Shown here: one piece after another, positions 57,333 through 64,000 of the stretch | Layout: every line of letters starts with the position of its first letter | Position numbering within the stretch: position 1 is the first letter of the stretch | DNA from: a virus | Lineage: Duplodnaviria > Caudoviricetes | Direction: 5' to 3' (one strand) | IMG/VR virus record: IMGVR_UViG_3300028805_000078 | Location: 1 to 64,000 of that record | DNA: 64,000 bases | Translations under genes and position numbers: made by a program | Notes under the pieces: generated by a model | Told to the model about the DNA's origin: nothing | What the model saw: the letters and a program-made list of their open reading frames with translations, nothing else | Databases searched by the model: none

Positions 57333-60300
57333 GTGTATGCTATGAAAAACAACAGAAAACTGAAACTTAGTATTTACGATTACTCAGGCAATGAGGTTTG
57401 TCCTATATATGATAGTGAAGTACAAGTTCGAGGTCAGGCAACCGATGTCATTTGCAAAGCGGAGCGAAACGGCTGGCGTGAGTTTAGCTTCAATCTTCCC
57501 GGCGATGATTATCGTGCAGAATATGTGCGAGCCGATTATAAATTAAAGGCTATAGATGATTACGGAATTGAATGGTATATTATTACTCAACCGAGAGTTA
57601 CACATAGCGGCAAAAGTAAAAACATATCCGTAACTGCAGGACACGTATGCCAGCTTTTAAAGACAAAAAACATGGCCCTCGAATTCAGTGATGATGAAGG
57701 AAATAACGTAGGTACTTGTGCGCAGTTATTAGCTACTGCTCTTGATGGAACGGGATGGGAAGTAGGAAGTGTAGCTGAGTTTAAGGAGAAAGACGGAAAC
57801 ACAATTAAAGTTCGCTCATTAAATGCTTCTTCAAAGACGGGAGCATTTAAGCTCGTCAGTATGATTTGCGAACTCTTCGAAGCGAAACCTATTTACAGAA
57901 GCAACGTTGAAGTTGTTGAAAACGGCATTAAAACAATTCACAAAGTTGTAGACGTAAAACCTATGAATCCGTTCAGCGAAGCAAAAGAAGCAATATATGA
58001 TAAAGTTGCTACATATGCTGACGGGGAAGTACTCGAACTTCATTACGGCAAAAATGTATCAAACGTTTCGCGCACATTAAAGACAGACAACCTTGTAACT
58101 TGTTTATATGCATATGGTGCATACGGAGATACCGTAAGTAAGTATTGCAGCATTCAGGAATGTAAGCATACAGAATTTGAATTTACATTAACAGCGCCAT
58201 TGACAAGCGGAACGCAGTATTACTTCACTGTAACAGACGATGCGAATGTTTCAATCAGCAGAAGTTTTACACCTTCGCAAAGTGTTGCAAGCGGAACGAA
58301 ATTGATATGGTCCCTAATGGATCGCGCTTCAATGAGTTATATCTGGGACGAATCAAAGGCGAACGATGAAGCCGCAACGCATGCTTATCGTGTTTATGAA
58401 GGCGCTCATGGCACAGAACTTCCTGCAACTATAACAACAAAGCGAAATGAGGTAACAAACGTATTTCCGTTTATAATGGATTACAGTTATTATCTTGATT
58501 GCGGATTGTTTGCTGATAGCATGCTCAATAAGCTTTCGTGGTTTCAAAGAAAGTCTCCTGAATATCTTAGTACTGTTAATGAAAAAACTACTGATTATAC
58601 GACGGACTGGCTGGCGTTGACAAATGCAATAGGTCAGATCAACTTCGCAAAGCTTAAGTATACATCCGTTCAAAACGATGATGGAAGTATAAGAATAAAT
58701 CTTGATAATGACAAGATTTTTTATCGTACTGACTACGATGCAAAGCGACATTTTAAATGGCGCAATGCAAGAAGCCTCAAAGATAACGGCGATCCTATTA
58801 ATAACGAAGCTGCTGTTGTTTATGCCGTGCATAATACAAACCCTTTAACATATGACAAGTTCTATTTAAAGAAAGTAAATGGTGAAACAGATCCGTTAGT
58901 TGTAGGAAGCATCGACGAAGAAGACATAACAAACATAACGCTTTGGGGCGATTACAGTAAGTTTAGCAATAATGACGAGTTTTATCTGTTTGAAACAAAC
59001 GGCGTCAATGGTTTACTTGGCGCAAAAGAAAGCGCCTACGAAGCTCTTGTAATCAGTCTTGATTCAGCGCTCAAAGAAGTTACTATGCAACATCCTGTAT
59101 TCTTTTCTAAGAGTCAGCCTGTTATCGATGAATCTGTTACAGTTCCATCTACGAAGCTCGATATTTACAAGCCTGAATGGGCTAACTTTAATCGTGAATA
59201 TGCGTGGTGGTATGAATACAATGATACCTCTTCGCCTGGCACGCTTCATTTTTGTTATTGGGCCGATGGTGACAGGGATTGGCATGTTGTTTATGTTAGC
59301 AATAATGAACCGAATACTGCGTCCTCTGGATCGTATTTCTATAATTGGCGAACGGCAAAACTATATCGCAGAACTAATGATAGATGGATACACCTCGATA
59401 GCGACGATGACGAAAAAGTAGCTTCTAAGTTTGGAGTTGTGTATGGCGGATGTCTTACCAGAGACAAGCTTTATATTGGAGAGTATCAGACATATACTTA
59501 TGAACCAAATGAAACAATCGCTGCCGGTAATTGGTACATGCCTACAGATTATCTTGGATATTGGTTATTTACGGCAGGATGTGAAAGTGATAAACTTGAA
59601 TACGATACCACAACTGGATTTATGACTGTGTATCCTCACGATCCTAATCTCTCCGAAAACACAGTAGAAGTTAAAAACGCTAGATTCGATAATGTTTTTT
59701 ACCATAAAGAGAATATTCTCGATACGATGACTGTTGAAGAAGGTGCGATTAGTACAGCTACAGGAGGAGACATAGAAGGAATTTGTTACAGATGTAATTT
59801 TATTCCTTTGTATTCGAATCTTACTTATGCTTTTTCGAATTATAGCGGCACGTATACAATCTATTACTATACGCTAAAGCATAATTATATAAAAAGCGAA
59901 GTGTTTCAATCATCGTCGAATATTGTAATTCCAAACAATGCGCGTTACATTCGTATTGCTTCTTCGAATAATTTTGAAGATATGACGGCGCAGTTTATTG
60001 CTTGGAATCGTTCGATTATATCAGGCGAAGAAACGTATTATCTGCTTGGCTCGCCTGTTGGAACCGGAGAGTTAAAAGGTATCAATGCTCAAATTGCAAA
60101 TCTTAAAGAGTATGGAGATAAAACATATCTTGTAGATATACCCGCATTACAAACTGCCCAGGAAGAATATAAGCAGCAGGAATTGAATCTTAAAGATGCT
60201 CTCGGCGAATTATATCGCGAGAGTAAGTGGCAAGATTCTAAGTATGTAGACGGTGATGAAGATAAGCTTTATTCAGATGCGCTTGACACACTGAAGGAAG

Positions 60301-61304
60301 TAGCAAAGCCAGAAGTAACTTACAATATTAATTTCGTTGATCAGTATTGTGTAGATCTTGATGCATATGGTTCAGATCTTCTTCGCTGGCCGGACTTTGA
60401 TACAAACAGTGCCGTGCATTTAATCGATCCGGATATTGGTGTTAATTGCTGGGCGTATGTTGATACTACAAGTAAGTGTTATGATGACTCGCGTAAGACA
60501 ACGATAACGATTAATACGAATCTTAACACGGCAGCACAACATTCTTTTACTGATATTCTTACTAATATTGCTAATGTATCAAGTCAGGTAAAAGCAAAGG
60601 ACACGATTTATGACAGGGCCGCGAATATAACATCAACAGGTAAGTGGACGGCGGAGAAACTCGAAGGCACTATCGATGCAAACAGGTTGAAGATAACCGG
60701 TGGTTCTTCTACGTGGTATACTGACAAAAACGGCAACATGGTGTTTGAAGCAGCCGATGGCTCGGGTGCTATGATGCTCACTGGCAACGGAATGGCTCTT
60801 GCTAATGCGCGCAATAAATACGGAGAGTGGATATGGCGCAGCTTCATGAATGGAAACGGCGCTACTGCTGATGAGATAGTAACTGGCACGATGAGCGCTG
60901 AAAGATTGCAGGCTGGTTCTATCACAACTGATAAAATCAGTTCATCTTTTGGTGAAACACTTGATCTCTCGAGCAATAAAGGAATAAATCTTAAAGTTTC
61001 TTCGATAAAAAACGAAATAGAAAATAAGGTAGAAGATTTAGTCGGATATAGAATGGAAATTATTTCTACGTCAGACATTCTTTCTTCCGATATACAAACA
61101 ACTACTCTTTTTGCGCGTGTATGGCATGGCAGTGAAAACGTTACAGATTCAATTCCTGCATCAAAGTTCGCGTGGAAACGTGTCAGCAGTGATTCAACGG
61201 CTGACAGAATATGGAACGAAAATCACGCAGGAATTAAAACATTCACTTTGACTACCATGGACGTGTTGTACAGTGCGACGTACACATGTGAATTATCAAA
61301 ATAA
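57333..61304 (+). CDS. Tal-like baseplate hub / tail spike protein (1323 aa)
   Basis: Follows Dit; N-terminal FSFNLP, LDGTGWEVG, GKNVSNVSR..LVTCLYAYG pattern; C-terminal ADEIVTGTMSAE repeats. Confidence 0.7.
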   Translation: MYAMKNNRKLKLSIYDYSGNEVCPIYDSEVQVRGQATDVICKAERNGWREFSFNLPGDDYRAEYVRADYKLKAIDDYGIEWYIITQPRVTHSGKSKNISVTAGHVCQLLKTKNMALEFSDDEGNNVGTCAQLLATALDGTGWEVGSVAEFKEKDGNTIKVRSLNASSKTGAFKLVSMICELFEAKPIYRSNVEVVENGIKTIHKVVDVKPMNPFSEAKEAIYDKVATYADGEVLELHYGKNVSNVSRTLKTDNLVTCLYAYGAYGDTVSKYCSIQECKHTEFEFTLTAPLTSGTQYYFTVTDDANVSISRSFTPSQSVASGTKLIWSLMDRASMSYIWDESKANDEAATHAYRVYEGAHGTELPATITTKRNEVTNVFPFIMDYSYYLDCGLFADSMLNKLSWFQRKSPEYLSTVNEKTTDYTTDWLALTNAIGQINFAKLKYTSVQNDDGSIRINLDNDKIFYRTDYDAKRHFKWRNARSLKDNGDPINNEAAVVYAVHNTNPLTYDKFYLKKVNGETDPLVVGSIDEEDITNITLWGDYSKFSNNDEFYLFETNGVNGLLGAKESAYEALVISLDSALKEVTMQHPVFFSKSQPVIDESVTVPSTKLDIYKPEWANFNREYAWWYEYNDTSSPGTLHFCYWADGDRDWHVVYVSNNEPNTASSGSYFYNWRTAKLYRRTNDRWIHLDSDDDEKVASKFGVVYGGCLTRDKLYIGEYQTYTYEPNETIAAGNWYMPTDYLGYWLFTAGCESDKLEYDTTTGFMTVYPHDPNLSENTVEVKNARFDNVFYHKENILDTMTVEEGAISTATGGDIEGICYRCNFIPLYSNLTYAFSNYSGTYTIYYYTLKHNYIKSEVFQSSSNIVIPNNARYIRIASSNNFEDMTAQFIAWNRSIISGEETYYLLGSPVGTGELKGINAQIANLKEYGDKTYLVDIPALQTAQEEYKQQELNLKDALGELYRESKWQDSKYVDGDEDKLYSDALDTLKEVAKPEVTYNINFVDQYCVDLDAYGSDLLRWPDFDTNSAVHLIDPDIGVNCWAYVDTTSKCYDDSRKTTITINTNLNTAAQHSFTDILTNIANVSSQVKAKDTIYDRAANITSTGKWTAEKLEGTIDANRLKITGGSSTWYTDKNGNMVFEAADGSGAMMLTGNGMALANARNKYGEWIWRSFMNGNGATADEIVTGTMSAERLQAGSITTDKISSSFGETLDLSSNKGINLKVSSIKNEIENKVEDLVGYRMEIISTSDILSSDIQTTTLFARVWHGSENVTDSIPASKFAWKRVSSDSTADRIWNENHAGIKTFTLTTMDVLYSATYTCELSK

Positions 61305-61324
61305 AAATATAAAGAAGGGTAAAT

Positions 61325-63178
61325 ATGGCTAACGCAAATACGATTATAGCAACTGGTGCTAAAACAATTATTGACCTTTCAGACGGTAAAATGTTGTCTG
61401 TCCATCTTGGATCAAATCATCCGAGATTTCAAATTAAAGATTCAAATAGCGGTACAGATGTTTATACACCAGATTGGAGCGGTGTAAATACGCATCTATC
61501 TGTAACACCGGTTATATATGCAAACAACACGCCTGTTCAGTTAGACGACACGCATTTGTCTACTGCATGGACAAGGAAAGAGGGTTCTGGAAGTGCATCA
61601 GCTCTGGTTACAGGAGAAACCGTTACTAATAACGTACTTACAGTATCTCAGAACAAACTTTCATCTATTTCTTCCGGGCTATTGACTTATCTAGTGACCG
61701 TAACATATGTTGACCCGGATACCAGTTTGCCGATTACTGCTACTGCAGAAATTTCGTTTGCGCTTGTTAAGACTGGCTCAAGCGCTAAAACATGTTGGAT
61801 AAGCGGAGAACAGGTGTTTAAGTATGACCAGCAAGCGCAAGTAACGCCGTCGTCTATTACACTTACTGCACATCTTCAGGGTGTTACAATGTCGAAATGG
61901 CGATATTTCAACGAAAACACATCTACATGGATGGATTATCCAACCACTCCGGATAACGGAAGCATATCCGGCGAAACTCTTGTTGTAAAACCAGGCGGAG
62001 ATCACGCTGCAGTATGGTTCAACGATCGCGCTTCAATTAAAGCTGTTACGAGTGACGAAAATGTATACGATGTTACAAGTCTGTATAAAATAACCGATGG
62101 TACACGAGGCGATCCTGCATCCATTGTGTTTCTTACAAATGAAAATATTGGATTCTCAGCTGACAAAGACGGTAAAATCGCAGCAACAACGGCTACATGC
62201 AACGTTGTTGCATATTCCGGTACAACCAAAGTTACTCCAACAGTTGGCACTATATCAGGAGACATAACTGGCATGACGATTTCCAAAGGAAGCGCGTCGA
62301 ATAACGAAATTCCGATTACGATTACGATTGCTGCGAATGCTACTCTTGGTGGTGAAGGCAACCAGCATGGTACGCTTTCTGTTCCGATTACGTCTCCTGT
62401 CAGTACAATTTTGAAGATTAATTGGACCAAAGTAAATACAGGCGCAACCGGTGAAAACGGACAAAACGCTATTGTGTTTTCTGTTTATGCCCCCAACGGC
62501 GAAGTGTTTCAGAATCAACAGGGAACACTTTTGCTCTCGACTCAGGCATACGATGGTTCGACGCCAATTTCGAGCGGCGCAACTTATCAATGGTATCGGT
62601 ATGAGTCAGGAACTTGGAATACTATAACAGGGGCTAACCTTTATACGTATACTGTTAATGGTTCCGATGTAAATGCTCTTGCATCTTTTAAATGTGCAAT
62701 GACTTACAAGAATAAGACTTATTCTGATGTCATAACGCTTGAAGATAAAACTGATAATTATCAGGCAACAATTGATTCCACTGCTGGAGATGTGTTTAAA
62801 AATACAGTAGGTAGTACATATTTGATTTGTCACTTATGGCAGAATGCGCAGCCTGTAGATGCTTTAAAGAGTACAACGTATTCCAATACTGCACCGACGT
62901 CTCCCGCAGAAGGCGATTATTACTATCAAAAGCAAACTCCAACCGCACAAGATAGAAAAGCTGGAACAAAATTAATGCGGTACAATGGATCTTCGTGGGT
63001 TGATGTAACAACTGACCAGACATATGGTCATACTAAAACTTACACGTGGTATAGGCGCGATATGAATGGCAACCCGTACTCTGAAGACAATGGCGGTTCA
63101 TTTGCTACTGGTAAGGTTATTTATGTAGACGGAGATGACGTAACCAACAAAACTGTGTTTGTTTGTGAGGTGCAATAA
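61325..63178 (+). CDS. tail/baseplate structural protein with Ig-like beta domains
   Basis: Thr/Ser-rich, repeated Y.W motifs, short G-x-x-G linkers. Confidence 0.65.
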   Translation: MANANTIIATGAKTIIDLSDGKMLSVHLGSNHPRFQIKDSNSGTDVYTPDWSGVNTHLSVTPVIYANNTPVQLDDTHLSTAWTRKEGSGSASALVTGETVTNNVLTVSQNKLSSISSGLLTYLVTVTYVDPDTSLPITATAEISFALVKTGSSAKTCWISGEQVFKYDQQAQVTPSSITLTAHLQGVTMSKWRYFNENTSTWMDYPTTPDNGSISGETLVVKPGGDHAAVWFNDRASIKAVTSDENVYDVTSLYKITDGTRGDPASIVFLTNENIGFSADKDGKIAATTATCNVVAYSGTTKVTPTVGTISGDITGMTISKGSASNNEIPITITIAANATLGGEGNQHGTLSVPITSPVSTILKINWTKVNTGATGENGQNAIVFSVYAPNGEVFQNQQGTLLLSTQAYDGSTPISSGATYQWYRYESGTWNTITGANLYTYTVNGSDVNALASFKCAMTYKNKTYSDVITLEDKTDNYQATIDSTAGDVFKNTVGSTYLICHLWQNAQPVDALKSTTYSNTAPTSPAEGDYYYQKQTPTAQDRKAGTKLMRYNGSSWVDVTTDQTYGHTKTYTWYRRDMNGNPYSEDNGGSFATGKVIYVDGDDVTNKTVFVCEVQ

Positions 63179-63181
63179 TGT

Positions 63182-64000
63182 ATGATCATCGCCAGCGCAC
63201 AAATAACGATTGTTGACAGTCGCGAATTTGAAATATCTCCTGTTGCGCCGGCGAATCCGGTGCAAGACATGTTGTGGCTCGACACTTCTGTCGAGCCTCC
63301 TATTGAAAAGATTTATGACAACGGACAATGGGTTGTCATAAATGACGTAGAGGAGCAGATAGAATCTTCGCGAACGATCCAGGAAATCGAAACACAAATA
63401 CAGCAAACATCTGAAAATATCACGCTTATCTCTGATGAAATATGGACCGACGGTACACATAATACAAGCAAGTTATCTGTTGCAGTTGACGAAATTACTC
63501 AAACCGTAGAAGATACTAAGAATAATTTGCAGACGCAAATTTCTCAAAGCGCAGATAAGATTAGTTGGGTTGTTGAAGGTGACAACCGTGCGGAGATGGC
63601 GTTAACCGATGAAGCTCTTACATTTATCGGCAATCATCTTGATCTATCTTTAAACGATGGATTCACGATTACAGTCGGAGACATTTCAAATAATTTTCAA
63701 ATGACGAATAATGTTTTTCGTCAGGAGTCTTCACCTGTATCAAACGTGAAACAAAATGATTTATGGGTTCAGCCTAGTACAGGATATACGTATCAAGCAT
63801 CAATCGGTGACAGAGATATAGCTGTTGAACACGATACTTTAAAAATATCTAATGCAGTAGTTAGCGATTATAGTGTGTCTGTATTGGGTTCAACTTTAAA
63901 TACTGGAACTGCTTTCAATGTCTCAAATTCCGTATTGTCTGAATTAATCTCACCGACATGGATATACGTTAAAGACAGCCAGATTGACAATGCACAGACA
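63182..64000 (+). CDS. tail fibre/structural protein (runs off window edge)
   Basis: Hand translation MIIASAQITIVD...APANPVQDMLWLDTS...; typical minor tail protein start. Confidence 0.65.
   Translation, partial: MIIASAQITIVDSREFEISPVAPANPVQDMLWLDTSVEPPIEKIYDNGQWVVINDVEEQIESSRTIQEIETQIQQTSENITLISDEIWTDGTHNTSKLSVAVDEITQTVEDTKNNLQTQISQSADKISWVVEGDNRAEMALTDEALTFIGNHLDLSLNDGFTITVGDISNNFQMTNNVFRQESSPVSNVKQNDLWVQPSTGYTYQASIGDRDIAVEHDTLKISNAVVSDYSVSVLGSTLNTGTAFNVSNSVLSELISPTWIYVKDSQIDNAQT

Noticed and set aside
1-64000. Lysogeny module (integrase, repressor, att site) or host genes
   Set aside because: None recognised in this window, so lifestyle and prophage status cannot be determined.

Overview
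A 64 kb segment of a large tailed phage with an SPbeta-like siphovirus layout. The host is probably a Firmicute, inferred from strong AAGGAGG ribosome-binding sites and the gene families present. Two arms diverge at about 24.3-24.9 kb. The minus-strand arm (1-24271) encodes a Sak-like annealing protein, two single-subunit two-barrel (YonO/RdRP-like, DxDGD) RNA polymerases (one split by a group I intron), SSB, RNase H and many small proteins. It also carries a contiguous Ubl-E2-JAB-E1 ubiquitin-like cassette followed by a retron-type reverse transcriptase flanked by two homologous msr/msd-like ncRNA cassettes. The plus-strand arm (24879-64000) is morphogenesis: terminase, portal, tRNA-Thr, protease/scaffold, capsid, head-tail genes, a major tail protein split by a second group I intron, a frameshifted tail chaperone, a 5483-aa tape measure protein, Dit, Tal-like and tail proteins. 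The main observations are: (1) the tape measure protein contains a third DxDGD RNA polymerase domain and a PD-(D/E)xK nuclease domain, suggesting a virion-delivered polymerase; (2) one retron RT has two different ncRNAs and lies beside a phage-encoded ubiquitin-like conjugation pathway; (3) a 30-bp promoter-like motif occurs five times; (4) there are several tRNA-like and structured RNA candidates. All assignments come from reading motifs by eye; no database searches were run.
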